A stretch of DNA of 64,000 nt from Candidatus Uhrbacteria bacterium. GTDB taxonomy: Bacteria > Patescibacteriota > Patescibacteriia > SG8-24. Below, piece after piece: positions 36,968 to 46,533 of this stretch. Under the pieces are notes generated by a model. The model saw only the letters and a program-made list of their open reading frames with translations, did not search any database and had not been told where the DNA came from. The first letter of the stretch is position 1, and each line of letters begins with the position of its first letter. Location of the stretch: the NCBI GenBank assembly GCA_016929435.1, contig JAFGIV010000013.1:15822-79821 (forward strand). Reading direction: 5' to 3'. The position numbers were made by a program, and so were the translations under genes.

Positions 36968-38179
36968 ATGAAAGTCACGACCGACCCAATAAAGACAGAG
37001 GCCCTCCTGACCCGGCGGGTGGAGGAGGTGGTGGTAAGGGAATCCCTGGCCGCCAAGCTCGCTTCCGGCAGGCAGCTGACCGTGAAGATGGGTTTTGACC
37101 CGACTGCCCCGGACATCCATTTGGGGCACAGCATCGGTTTGAGGAAACTGCAGGAGTTCATGGACCTGGGCCACAGGGCGGTGATGATCATCGGGGACTA
37201 TACCACCCTGATCGGGGATCCGTCCGGCAAGTCCAAGACCCGCCCGATGCTGACGCCGGAGGAGATCGAGGCCAACGCCAAGACCTACCTGGAACAGGCC
37301 GGAAAGGTCCTGGATGTCGAAAGGCTGGAGATTCGGCGCAACAGCGAGTGGTTTTCCAGGATGGATTTCCTGGACATCCTGAAGCTGGCCGGAAAGTTCA
37401 CCGTCGCCCGGATGATCGAACGGGAGGATTTCCGCAGTCGGATGGCGTCCGGGACGGACATCGGCCTGCACGAGCTGCTTTACCCGATGATGCAGGCCTA
37501 CGATTCCGTGATGGTCCAGGCCGACGCGGAATTGGGGGGCACGGATCAGCGCTTCAACATCCTGGTCGGCCGGGACCTTCAGAGGAAAATGGGGATGCCG
37601 CAGCAGGATGCGGTGTTCCTGGGGCCGATCCTGGCGGGTACGGACGGTGTCCAGAAGATGTCGAAGTCTCTCGGCAACTACATCGGCGTGTCCGAAGCGC
37701 CGGAGGAGATGTACGGGAAGACGATGTCGATTCCGGACAGCGTCATGTGGGACTGGTTCCTGGCGGTGACCGACGTGCCGGAACAGGAGGTCAGGGAGAT
37801 TCGGGAGGCCTGTGACCGGGGGGAAATGAACCCGCGGGAGGCCAAGGCCCGCCTGGCCCGAGAAATCGTCCTGACCTACCACGGGGAAGCGATAGCCGCC
37901 CGGGCGGAAGAGCATTTCAACCGGACTGTCCGGAATCGGGAGTTGCCGGAGGAGATCGGGGAGTTCGTTGTTCCGGCCGGTAAACACGGCCTGATCGATC
38001 TGCTGTTCGGGTCCGGTTTGGCGCCGTCCAAGACCGAGGCCCGGAGGCTGATCCAGCAGGGCGGGATCAGGATCGACGGAAAGGCCGTCGGGGACATCGA
38101 TACGGTCGTCGAGATCGGCGGTAACCCCGTCATTATCCAGAAGGGCAAGCGGGGATACCGGCGGATAACGGCCGGTTAG
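36968..38179 (+). CDS. tyrS: Tyrosyl-tRNA synthetase with C-terminal S4 domain
   Basis: HIGH-type motif (PDIHLGH), KMSKS, class I Rossmann fold, C-terminal S4-like RNA-binding domain; 403 aa. Confidence 0.85.
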   Translation: MKVTTDPIKTEALLTRRVEEVVVRESLAAKLASGRQLTVKMGFDPTAPDIHLGHSIGLRKLQEFMDLGHRAVMIIGDYTTLIGDPSGKSKTRPMLTPEEIEANAKTYLEQAGKVLDVERLEIRRNSEWFSRMDFLDILKLAGKFTVARMIEREDFRSRMASGTDIGLHELLYPMMQAYDSVMVQADAELGGTDQRFNILVGRDLQRKMGMPQQDAVFLGPILAGTDGVQKMSKSLGNYIGVSEAPEEMYGKTMSIPDSVMWDWFLAVTDVPEQEVREIREACDRGEMNPREAKARLAREIVLTYHGEAIAARAEEHFNRTVRNRELPEEIGEFVVPAGKHGLIDLLFGSGLAPSKTEARRLIQQGGIRIDGKAVGDIDTVVEIGGNPVIIQKGKRGYRRITAG

Positions 38180-38391
38180 CGGACCTGTCAGGGGGTTTTA
38201 TTGCGGATCTCACCAGATCCATGTCGGCTAAATAGCAGGCAGGCGCACGAAGACAGGGGGGAGAATCCCGGTTCACCGGAGAAGGTTGGGCGAAGTTCGC
38301 ATGACACGCAAGCCCGCAGCGCAAAAGGGGCAAATAGTTCGGATAATGACGAGTTAAGTGAAATAATTTTTGGGCTATAACCTTTAAAAAC

Positions 38392-38895
38392 ATGAGTTAC
38401 TACATAATCATTCGAGGCCCGTTAGGAAGCGGTAAATCAACGATATCCGAGAAACTCGCTCAAATTCTTGACGCAAAATACATTGGAATGGACGAGGTGC
38501 TCGAAAAGCATGGCCTTGATAAAATGCCGCCTGACGCACCTTGCATACCAGCGGAAAATTTTATAAAAGCAAATGAAATCGTACTGCCAGAAGTAAAAAA
38601 ATTACTTACAGGCGGCAAGATCGTTATTTTTGATGCCTGCTTTTATCATAAGGAAGTGATCGAGCACCTCGTCCAAAACCTTGAAATGCCGCACTACATT
38701 TTTACGCTTAAAGCACCATTGGAACTCTGCATAAAAAGAGATAGTGAACGAAGCAAAACTCTTGGTGAAGGTGCGGCAGGGGCTGTCCATTCGCTCGTTT
38801 CCCGGTTCGACTACGGCAATATTGTTGATGTTACAGGGGGCCTCGAAGACGCAATAAAAGATATTCTTTCTTTCCTACCGATGCCCAAAAATTAA
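38392..38895 (+). CDS. Chloramphenicol-phosphotransferase-like (CPT family) P-loop kinase
   Basis: Walker A GPLGSGKST at the N-terminus; VIFDACF (Walker B-like); overall block order resembles CPT/AAA_33 small kinases. Lies in a low-GC island. Confidence 0.45.
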   Translation: MSYYIIIRGPLGSGKSTISEKLAQILDAKYIGMDEVLEKHGLDKMPPDAPCIPAENFIKANEIVLPEVKKLLTGGKIVIFDACFYHKEVIEHLVQNLEMPHYIFTLKAPLELCIKRDSERSKTLGEGAAGAVHSLVSRFDYGNIVDVTGGLEDAIKDILSFLPMPKN

Positions 38896-39075
38896 ATTAC
38901 TTAACAGCGTGTATGCGGTTCCGTTCGTCGTCGCACCTTATCTTCACTGCACCCATATTTGTTGGTGATTGCGCTTCGCACTATTATTTCACCCGCAAAC
39001 ATCGCTTATATCTGGCCGTCGGGCGCAATTTCGCTCCGCCCCCCAAAACGATTATAATTTTAAGGGAATGAAATT

Positions 39076-40059
39076 TTGATTTTTATGAATCCAGAAATGT
39101 CCCACGGCATTGAACGACCCGAATCACGGCAGGAGGGTTCGGTCGTTCTTGACGCCCTGTCTTTCGAGTTTTGCGGGGATGATTTGGTGCGTGACTTTTA
39201 CGGTAAAAAATTGCGAGAGATGGAAGATTACACAAAATGGCTGGAGGACAGCAGGGAAAATTTAGAACAGAACAGGGAGAAAATAGCCAAGGCCGTGGAA
39301 GACGGCCTGCTCAATGACCCCGAACCAGAAACAATTTGGAAATTTCAGGCCGATAAGGCGAGGGAGAGTCAGGAGAAGGTGTTGGCGATAAAAAAGGAGA
39401 TAGAAAGTAGAATCAAAGAAATTAGGGACGAAACGGGGAGAAGATTGGGCAAATTTCTCCCCGATTGGTTTCCCGGTGAGGCAAGAATCACCTTCACCAT
39501 GAACGAAAAAGCCGATTTTTGCGTTGAAGGCGAAACCGTAACCGTAGATTTGGGACGACTGTCGTTTGAGCAAAACCCGGTCGAAAAAGTGAAGGAAGGT
39601 CTGGCACACGAAGTTTTTCATCTTTGGATGAAGGAGAAAAACAAGCGGCCTGACCCTGAGCGGAGCGATGAAACTGACGATGACCTAAAAAACCAAATCA
39701 TATCCCGAACCGTCGATGAGGGTCTGGCGGTTTTGGTGAGCGGACAATCCTTGGCGGAGCATCACCAAAAACAGGGACGAGACTATCAAGAGTACATTGC
39801 GGAGTCATTTGAATTCTTCAGGGAATTTTTAGCGCAGGATGACGGAGCGGAGCTGGAAAAAATCAACGAGAAGGAATTCAGGAACATGGGACATTTTTAT
39901 GTGGTCGGCAATGAAATCGCGGCGGCTGTCCTGCGGCAGGACGGCATGGAAAAATTTAGGGGACAAATCGTTGAGGCAAGAGACAACCCGCCCGTGTTTT
40001 TGGGGAGATACAGGAAGATTTGCGGAAAAAACGCAGGTTTGCATAAAATCGATCCATAA
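39076..40059 (+). CDS. Hypothetical protein with HExxH zinc-metallopeptidase-like motif
   Basis: 327 aa, Glu/Lys-rich; GLAHEVFHLWM contains HExxH. Low-GC island. Start could be the internal Met at about 39088. Confidence 0.35.
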   Translation: MIFMNPEMSHGIERPESRQEGSVVLDALSFEFCGDDLVRDFYGKKLREMEDYTKWLEDSRENLEQNREKIAKAVEDGLLNDPEPETIWKFQADKARESQEKVLAIKKEIESRIKEIRDETGRRLGKFLPDWFPGEARITFTMNEKADFCVEGETVTVDLGRLSFEQNPVEKVKEGLAHEVFHLWMKEKNKRPDPERSDETDDDLKNQIISRTVDEGLAVLVSGQSLAEHHQKQGRDYQEYIAESFEFFREFLAQDDGAELEKINEKEFRNMGHFYVVGNEIAAAVLRQDGMEKFRGQIVEARDNPPVFLGRYRKICGKNAGLHKIDP

Positions 40060-40293
40060 AAATAATTTTGCCCGAATGGTGTCCGCTATCGTTCGTTAAT
40101 CTGTCGGCGTTAGCCAATGCGGCATATCCGGTTACGGCTTTCGTCCGAAAGCCTCCATCCATATTTTATTTCGCCCCGCCCGACCGTCGCCCGCGCGGCA
40201 TGCCGGCCCGGTGGCCCCGCCGTCGCCCCGCCGCGATCGCACAAACGCCGCCCCTTATCGGAAATGATTTAGCCGCCTAATCTTACTGACAAT

Positions 40294-40905
40294 ATGGAAA
40301 AAGAAGATTTTACGTCGATTGGAATCTGCTTTTCGTGCGGGGTGCGCAAACGAAACGGTAAGGATGTTCTGGCTTGGGATACGCGAGCCAGGACCGATAG
40401 GGCATTCATCCTATACAAACTTGGATATATCAGCAAAATCCTCTGTACCGGGGGCATATTCCAAAAGGGGCAGCAGGTTCCGATCGCCGAATTAATGAAA
40501 GGTTACCTGACAGGAAAGGGCGTGCCCAAAAACGACATTCTAATCGAGACCAGATCCGTGGAAACCGTAGAGAACATAAAATTTTCCCTCTTATTACTGA
40601 AAAAAAGAAATATTCTCAAAAATCTCAAAAATGCCGAGCAGTTGCGCTTGGTTTTGATTAGCGAACCGAATCATTTGCGCCGTATAGAGATTATCGCCCG
40701 TGCTTATTTGGAAAGACACAAAATAGGCAAATTCGTGCCCTTGCTACTCGATCCGGTCCATTACCATATTTCTGAAAAAACCAGGCACGAAGAGGACGCA
40801 ATGCTGTACCATACGGCCCTTGATCCGCTTGGTGAGGGTGAGATTTTTGAAAAAATTAGACAGGAAAGACGTCAGGCCCTTGGCAAAAGACACGGTTCAC
40901 GTTAA
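40294..40905 (+). CDS. DUF218 (YdcF/SanA/ElyC-like) domain protein
   Basis: ILIETRSVETVENIKFSLLLL matches the DUF218 signature (E..S.nT.EN). Low-GC island. Confidence 0.5.
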   Translation: MEKEDFTSIGICFSCGVRKRNGKDVLAWDTRARTDRAFILYKLGYISKILCTGGIFQKGQQVPIAELMKGYLTGKGVPKNDILIETRSVETVENIKFSLLLLKKRNILKNLKNAEQLRLVLISEPNHLRRIEIIARAYLERHKIGKFVPLLLDPVHYHISEKTRHEEDAMLYHTALDPLGEGEIFEKIRQERRQALGKRHGSR

Positions 40906-40974
40906 CGTGTCGGTGTCTTTGAAAAATGACGTCCGCCGAACGGTGGCGTCCAAAATCCCCCACAGGAGGAAAAA

Positions 40975-41376
40975 ATGACGGTACAATTCAGGAAAACATT
41001 AGATACCCTGCTCTCGTTCAACGAAGGAAGGCCTATAAGGGTTGGAGTTCGGGGATCAAGAGAGTATCTAAACGCAATATTGGGCTATTTTCGAGATAGA
41101 TCATTTATCGTCTCTGAACAGGGATCGGTTCGTGATCTCGGGAATGCCTTTCCCATTCCCGAAAACATACCAGATACAGCCCCCGGATATGTAGTCGTGG
41201 TTGATTCAAGGGGTGCTTGGGACAATCACACGATGAATAAGGGAATCCTAACGGCCAATCTGGGAATCTCTGATGGTCAAAACGCCGTTTTTATCTCATG
41301 GACCTCTGATCTCAACGAAACTTCAGGAGGTGGGGCGGAATGGGACACCTCTTTTCTTGAGGGTATTAACCAGTAG
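40975..41376 (+). CDS. Hypothetical protein (133 aa)
   Basis: Intact ORF at the island edge; no motif recognised. Confidence 0.3.
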   Translation: MTVQFRKTLDTLLSFNEGRPIRVGVRGSREYLNAILGYFRDRSFIVSEQGSVRDLGNAFPIPENIPDTAPGYVVVVDSRGAWDNHTMNKGILTANLGISDGQNAVFISWTSDLNETSGGGAEWDTSFLEGINQ

Positions 41377-41512
41377 CTCCTGCCGCCATCCCCAAAAAAA
41401 TCGCCTTGACCGGGGCGATTTTCTGTTCCCCCCGCCGCCAGGTTCCGGAGGTTCGGATATCCGGCATAATCTGGTATAATACCATTGCAGGATAACTCAA
41501 ATACCATTCGGG

Positions 41513-42583
41513 ATGTCCAATTTCAGTTCAGCGGAATTGACCATAATCGGCGCTTTCGGGGCGGTCTTTCTGGCTTTCCTGACGATTCACCCCTACCGTC
41601 GCCGGCTTTTCGGTTGGCGGATCGCGGCGGTGGAGGCGTTCGCCTTCGCCCTGGTCATGATCAACTTCACGGAAATGGTGATGTCCAGGGACAGCGGGCA
41701 GTTTACGGTCCGGACGGTCCTGTTTACGGTTTCGGCCATCGCCGGAACCCTCCTGGTCCGGAGCGTGGTCGCGGAGATGGAAACCCACCGGAAAGTGAAG
41801 GCCCTGGCGGTTCGGCTGAACAGGATGAACCGCGAGCTGCGCCGGATGGACGAGATGAGGAGCGAATTCGTTTCCGTCGCCTCCCACCAGCTGCGGACCC
41901 CGGTTTCGGTCATCAGGGGATACCTTTCCCTCATCAAGGACGGGGCGTTCGGGAAGCTGGAGGGGGACCTGCAGGACAAGATGGAGCAGATATACGACAT
42001 AAACGAACGGCTGGTCCTTTTGATCAACAACCTGCTCAACGTCTCCCGGATAGAGAAGGACGCCGCCCAGTTCTGGTGTTCGGAGGTGAACCTTCCGGAG
42101 ATCATCCGCCGGACGGTGGACAGCATGGGGTTTCGGATCCGCGGAAAGGGGCTGACGCTTGATTTCGTTGATCCGGAAGCCGGAGTGCCCAATGTCTTCG
42201 CCGACCCGGAACGTCTGACCGAGGTGATCGTCAACCTGATCGATAACGCCGTAAAGTACACCTATTCCGGTTCCGTGACGGTGAGCGTTTCGGAGGGGGA
42301 GGACGGGTCGTCGGTCATCGTCCGGGTGAAGGACACCGGCATCGGCATGGACCCGCAGGACATGCACCACGTGTTCCAGAAATACTACCGTCCCCACCGC
42401 CCGACCGACGAGCACCAATCCGGACTGAATCTGGGTTTGGGGCTGTATGTCTGCGCCCGCTTCCTGGAAAGCATGGGCGGGAAGATTTGGGTGGAGTCGA
42501 CGGAACCGGGGAAGGGGACCACCGTCGCTTTTTCCCTGCCGGTCCGTCCGGGCGGGGTCTGCGTCCCCACGGAGGGAAAGTGA
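41513..42583 (+). CDS. Sensor histidine kinase (orphan, no adjacent response regulator)
   Basis: N-terminal TM segments; H-box FVSVASHQLRTPVSVIRGY; HATPase_c N/G boxes (NLIDNAVKYT, DTGIGM, GLGLYVC). Confidence 0.85.
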   Translation: MSNFSSAELTIIGAFGAVFLAFLTIHPYRRRLFGWRIAAVEAFAFALVMINFTEMVMSRDSGQFTVRTVLFTVSAIAGTLLVRSVVAEMETHRKVKALAVRLNRMNRELRRMDEMRSEFVSVASHQLRTPVSVIRGYLSLIKDGAFGKLEGDLQDKMEQIYDINERLVLLINNLLNVSRIEKDAAQFWCSEVNLPEIIRRTVDSMGFRIRGKGLTLDFVDPEAGVPNVFADPERLTEVIVNLIDNAVKYTYSGSVTVSVSEGEDGSSVIVRVKDTGIGMDPQDMHHVFQKYYRPHRPTDEHQSGLNLGLGLYVCARFLESMGGKIWVESTEPGKGTTVAFSLPVRPGGVCVPTEGK

Positions 42584-42702
42584 GGACGACAGGCCCGATT
42601 CAGCGCCTTTTCGTTTGACGGCAGCCTTGGGGGGCTGTAAAATTCCTGGGAATAACAAACAGGGGAGAAAGCCTTCCCCTGCGGATTTAATAATCCCGGT
42701 CT

Positions 42703-43209
42703 ATGTTTCAAAAGAGCAACCCTATGTCCAACAAGGAAAATTCCGGCAATGAGGCCGAAACCGTAATCGCCGCCTCCGTTAGGGTGGAGGGCGACTTCGC
42801 CAGCCAGGGCAATGTCCTGATCGAGGGAACGGTAGAGGGGAGCCTGCGGACCGAAAGGAACCTGCGGGTCGGGGAAAGGGCCAACATCAGCGCCGATGTC
42901 TTTGCCGCCAACGCCTCCGTGGCCGGGGAGATCACCGGAAACATCACCGTTTCCGAGCGCCTGGAGCTTGAGCCGACCGCCCGGATCCACGGCGACATCA
43001 GGACAAAGTCGCTTGTGGTCGCCAATGGGGCGATGGTCGAGGGGCGCATATCGATGGAACAGAAGGCCGAGGGCGGGGCTGCGGATAGGGGGAAAGCCAA
43101 GGCTTCCGTCAGGGAAACGGCGGGAATCCGGACGGAGGGTTCCGAAAAGGCTGGGGTGACGGAAGAAGAGACGAGTCGGGAGAGGGTAACGGCCGCTTTC
43201 GGGCGGTAA
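42703..43209 (+). CDS. Bactofilin family cytoskeletal protein
   Basis: Beta-helical bactofilin repeats (GNVLIEGTVEGSL.., ANISADVFAANASVAGEITGNITV, RIHGDIRTKSLVVANGAMVEGRI); acidic/Lys C-terminal tail. Alternative start at 42721. Confidence 0.75.
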   Translation: MFQKSNPMSNKENSGNEAETVIAASVRVEGDFASQGNVLIEGTVEGSLRTERNLRVGERANISADVFAANASVAGEITGNITVSERLELEPTARIHGDIRTKSLVVANGAMVEGRISMEQKAEGGAADRGKAKASVRETAGIRTEGSEKAGVTEEETSRERVTAAFGR

Positions 43210-43275
43210 CCGGCCCGAACATCCCGGATCGGCAGCGAGCCGCAGCGGCTCGCTGCCTGTGATTGAGTTTTTGAG

Positions 43276-44049
43276 ATGTATTACTTCATCTACGACAGTT
43301 ACCTGAATGACCGCAAGTACGGCCGGACAATGGCGGCCGTGGAGACGCGGCTGACCGACTTGGGCCTTTCCGGAAGAATCGGCCGCTTGGGGGCCTTCAC
43401 CAACGCCCGGGGGCTGGTCAGGGACGAGGTCAGGAAGGGCATCAATACGATTGTCGTGGTCGGGAACGACGAGACCGTCGCCAAGGTGGTTTCCGGCATC
43501 GGTGAGGCCGAGGTGACCCTTGGGATAATTCCGGTCGGGCAGCCGAACGGGATCGCCAGGGCCCTGGGCATACCGCCGGCGGAGGAGGCCTGCGACGTCC
43601 TGTCCCGTCGGGTAACGCAGAGGGTGGACCTGGGCAGTTTGAACGGCCAGCTTTTCCTGTCCGAGGTGAGGGTTCCCCCCGGCAGGCACACGGTCGAGAT
43701 CGAGGGCCGGTATCGGGTTTTCCCGGAAACCGACAACTGCGAGCTGGTGATAAGCAACATGAAGGGTTTCGGGATGCTGCCGAGCGGGTCCTCCAGGGAG
43801 TTGGGCGATCCCCAGGACGGGGTCTTGGACATGATGATCATCCCGGTCCGGTCCGGGAAATGGCTTCCCGGTTCCCGGGACGGCGGTTCCACCCTGATCC
43901 CGATCCGGCGGATGGTCATTCGGGGCGACGAGGACTTCGACGCGTCAGTCGATACCGTCAGGGTGACGGGAAAGGAGATGACGATTGAGGTGGTGCCGAA
44001 CCGCCTTAAGGTCATCGCCGGCCGGGGGCGGGTTTTCGGGGAAGTCTAG
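43276..44049 (+). CDS. Diacylglycerol-kinase catalytic-domain (YegS/BmrU-like) lipid kinase
   Basis: TIVVVGNDETVAKVVSGI...TLGIIPVGQPNGIARALGIP, the DAGK_cat signature GGDGT-equivalent block. Confidence 0.65.
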   Translation: MYYFIYDSYLNDRKYGRTMAAVETRLTDLGLSGRIGRLGAFTNARGLVRDEVRKGINTIVVVGNDETVAKVVSGIGEAEVTLGIIPVGQPNGIARALGIPPAEEACDVLSRRVTQRVDLGSLNGQLFLSEVRVPPGRHTVEIEGRYRVFPETDNCELVISNMKGFGMLPSGSSRELGDPQDGVLDMMIIPVRSGKWLPGSRDGGSTLIPIRRMVIRGDEDFDASVDTVRVTGKEMTIEVVPNRLKVIAGRGRVFGEV

Positions 44050-44103
44050 CCGTTTGCCAAAACGCCGGTCGGTTGCTATGATTCCAGCGCAATTTGCGGT
44101 TTC

Positions 44104-44180
44104 GGGCGTGTAGCTCAGCTGGTTAGAGCGCTGTCCTCACACGACAGAGGCCACTGGTTCGAACCCAGTCACGCCCACCA
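44104..44180 (+). tRNA. tRNA-Val (anticodon CAC)
   Basis: gggcgtgtagctcagctggttagagcgctgtcctcacacgacagaggccactggttcgaacccagtcacgcccacca; anticodon loop ctcacac. Confidence 0.85.
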
Positions 44181-44215
44181 TGATTTTTTTTCGTTAAACC
44201 TTAGCCAGTCGGGCC

Positions 44216-44842
44216 ATGGACACGGATCCCCAAAAATACGCCGACATTCCCGGCGGGGAAGGGGGCGGGACCGAAAGGAAAGGGACTTTCGGGGCGGTTT
44301 TGGAGTTCGTCGGCGAGTTGGTCCACGTCATACTGATATCCCTGGCCATCATCGTCCCGATCCGGTATTTCCTGATCCAGCCGTTCTACGTCAAGGGGGC
44401 ATCGATGGAGCCGAGCTTCTATGACCACGAATACCTGATCATCGACGAGATCAGCTACCGGTTCGGCGACCCGAACCGGGGCGACATCGTCGTTTTTCGG
44501 TACCCGAACGACCCCAGGCAGTTTTTCATCAAGCGGGTAATTGGCCTGCCGGGGGAACGGGTGGTGATAGGCGGCGGTCAGGTGACCATCTACGGCAACG
44601 GCGATGCGGAAGGGAAGGTGCTGGACGAAGGCGCCTATCTGGGGACCGCCATAACCGTGGGGAACAGGGACGTCACCCTGGCCGAGGACGAATTTTTCCT
44701 GATGGGGGACAACCGTTCCGCCAGCCTTGATTCCCGGGTGTTCGGGGCCGTCTCCAGGGACTTCATCGTCGGTCGGGTATGGTTCAGGGGTTGGCCGCCG
44801 GAAAAGATCCGTTTCTTCGGTTCCGAAAACGCCCTGGAATAA
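44216..44842 (+). CDS. lepB: Signal peptidase I
   Basis: Catalytic Ser region (VKGASMEPSF), Lys box (FFIKRVIGLPGERV) and GDNRSASLDSR boxes. Confidence 0.88.
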   Translation: MDTDPQKYADIPGGEGGGTERKGTFGAVLEFVGELVHVILISLAIIVPIRYFLIQPFYVKGASMEPSFYDHEYLIIDEISYRFGDPNRGDIVVFRYPNDPRQFFIKRVIGLPGERVVIGGGQVTIYGNGDAEGKVLDEGAYLGTAITVGNRDVTLAEDEFFLMGDNRSASLDSRVFGAVSRDFIVGRVWFRGWPPEKIRFFGSENALE

Positions 44843-44873
44843 TTTTTTCGTCTATTTTTTTCCGAAAAGGCAT

Positions 44874-46334
44874 ATGGCAACCAAACCCAAGAAACCGATC
44901 GCCAAAGCCAAGGCGGCGACTCGAAAGGAAAAACCCCGGAAGGAACCGGTTCAAAGGCCGGTCCAGAAAAAGAAGCCGGCCGTGAAGGATCCGCCGGCCA
45001 GGAAGGTTGCGCCCAAGGAGGAGCCGGCGGAAGAAAACGCGGCAGCGGCGACCAAGGCCGTTCGGATTCCGCAGCTGCTCCGGGGCATGCGCGACATCCT
45101 TCCGTCCGAACAGCGGTATTGGCGCCATGTCGTCCGGAAGATGGAGGAGATAGCCCTGGCCTACGGGTACGAGAGGATCGACACCCCTGTCCTGGAGGAG
45201 ACTTCCCTGTTCGTCCGTTCCGTCGGCAAGCAGAGCGATGTCGTTGAGAAGGAGCTGTTCACCTTCACGGACCGGAGCGGGGACAGCGTTTCCCTCCGTC
45301 CGGAGGGTACCGCCTCCGTGGCCCGGGCCTACATAAACCATGGCATGGTCAACCTGCCGCAGCCGGTGAAGATGTTTTACGTCGGATCGATGTTCCGTTA
45401 CGAGCGTCCCCAAGCCGGCCGTTTCCGCGAGCATCACCAGTTCGGCCTGGAGGTCTTGGGTGAGGGCAGCCCGGTAATCGATGCCGAGCTGATCATGCTG
45501 TCCCACCTGCTCTACCGCGACATAGGCATCAAGACCGTGGCGCACGTGAACAGCATCGGCTGCTCCAACTGCCGCCAGGCATACCTGGAGCGCTTGACTG
45601 ACTTCTATCGGCCGAGACGCTCCCGTCTCTGCGAGGACTGCCGGCGTAGGCTGCTGAAGAATCCCCTGCGCCTGTTGGACTGCAAGGAGCCTTCATGCGT
45701 GGCCGCCCGCGAGGAGGTGCCGCATATCGTCGACTACCTCTGTGAGGAATGCAAGAACCACCTGACCAGGGTCCTGGAATACCTGGATGAGATGGGCGTT
45801 CCGTATGTCCTCAACCCGCACCTGGTCCGCGGCCTGGACTACTATACCCGGACGGTATTCGAGCTCATGCAGTCCGACGAGCAGTCCGCCGGACAGCACT
45901 CCCTGGCCGGGGGCGGCCGTTACGACAACCTCCTGGAACAGCTCGGCGGGAGTCCGACTCCGGCCTGCGGCTTCTCCATTGGCGTGGAACGGGCCATCCT
46001 GCAGATGAAGGCCCTGGACCTGCAGCCGGTTTCCGACCTGCAGCCCGACGTCTTCCTGGCCCAGTTGGGCGATACGGCCCGCCGGAAGGCCTTGATCCTG
46101 TTCGAGAGCCTTCGGAATTCCGGGATCCGGACCTCCGCCACCTTTTCCAAGAGCGCCCTGAAGGGCCAGTTGGAGGCCGCCAACCGGTTGGGGGCCAGGT
46201 ATACGGTCATTATCGGGCAGAAGGAAGTGATCGACGGGACGGTGCTTGTCCGGGACATGGAGTCCGGAATGCAGGAAGTGGTCGATTTCACCAAGGCCGT
46301 AGCGGAGATGAGGAAGAAACTGAGCCGCATGTAG
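44874..46334 (+). CDS. Histidyl-tRNA synthetase paralog (copy 2) with Lys-rich N-terminal extension and Cys-rich insertion
   Basis: Motif 2 FRYERPQAGRFREHHQFG, HisRS GGGRYDNL, anticodon-binding C-terminus. About 60-aa KPKK/AKAK-rich leader. Insertion with 8 Cys (CSNCRQ...CEDCRRRL...CKEPSC...CEECKNHL). The six-frame ORF begins at 44727, inside lepB; ATG at 44874 preferred. Confidence 0.8.
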   Translation: MATKPKKPIAKAKAATRKEKPRKEPVQRPVQKKKPAVKDPPARKVAPKEEPAEENAAAATKAVRIPQLLRGMRDILPSEQRYWRHVVRKMEEIALAYGYERIDTPVLEETSLFVRSVGKQSDVVEKELFTFTDRSGDSVSLRPEGTASVARAYINHGMVNLPQPVKMFYVGSMFRYERPQAGRFREHHQFGLEVLGEGSPVIDAELIMLSHLLYRDIGIKTVAHVNSIGCSNCRQAYLERLTDFYRPRRSRLCEDCRRRLLKNPLRLLDCKEPSCVAAREEVPHIVDYLCEECKNHLTRVLEYLDEMGVPYVLNPHLVRGLDYYTRTVFELMQSDEQSAGQHSLAGGGRYDNLLEQLGGSPTPACGFSIGVERAILQMKALDLQPVSDLQPDVFLAQLGDTARRKALILFESLRNSGIRTSATFSKSALKGQLEAANRLGARYTVIIGQKEVIDGTVLVRDMESGMQEVVDFTKAVAEMRKKLSRM

Positions 46335-46356
46335 GCGGATTTACGGGAATGGGTAC

Positions 46357-46390
46357 GGAAAACCCGTTCGGATTGCCGGGCGGGTTTTTT
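46357..46390 (+). terminator. Intrinsic terminator after hisS copy 2
   Basis: aaaacccg...cgggtttttt. Confidence 0.45.
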
Positions 46391-46441
46391 GTTGTCCCGA
46401 AGACAGGCCGTCAATAAGCCAAAAACGAGGTCGGGAGGCTG

Positions 46442-46470
46442 TTGACTGTGTCGGATTCGGTTGCTATAGT
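46442..46470 (+). promoter_or_regulatory. Sigma70-type promoter (TTGACT-17-TATAGT) for rpsU
   Basis: Sequence match; an AGGAGG Shine-Dalgarno at 46519-46524 precedes the GTG start. Confidence 0.5.
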
Positions 46471-46533
46471 GCTGTTAGGCAAGAGTCGAGTTTAGGGGAG
46501 GCCTAATTTAAGCCTGAAAGGAGGTCGAGGAAT

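Noticed and set aside
40068-40280. Minus-strand 70-aa ORF across the GC-rich patch inside the low-GC island
   Set aside because: Pro/Arg/Ala-rich frame artefact of a local GC spike with no start context. Noted only as a compositional oddity.
44727-44873. Upstream extension of hisS copy 2 into lepB
   Set aside because: Overlaps the lepB coding region in another frame. ATG at 44874 follows the lepB stop and begins the Lys-rich leader.
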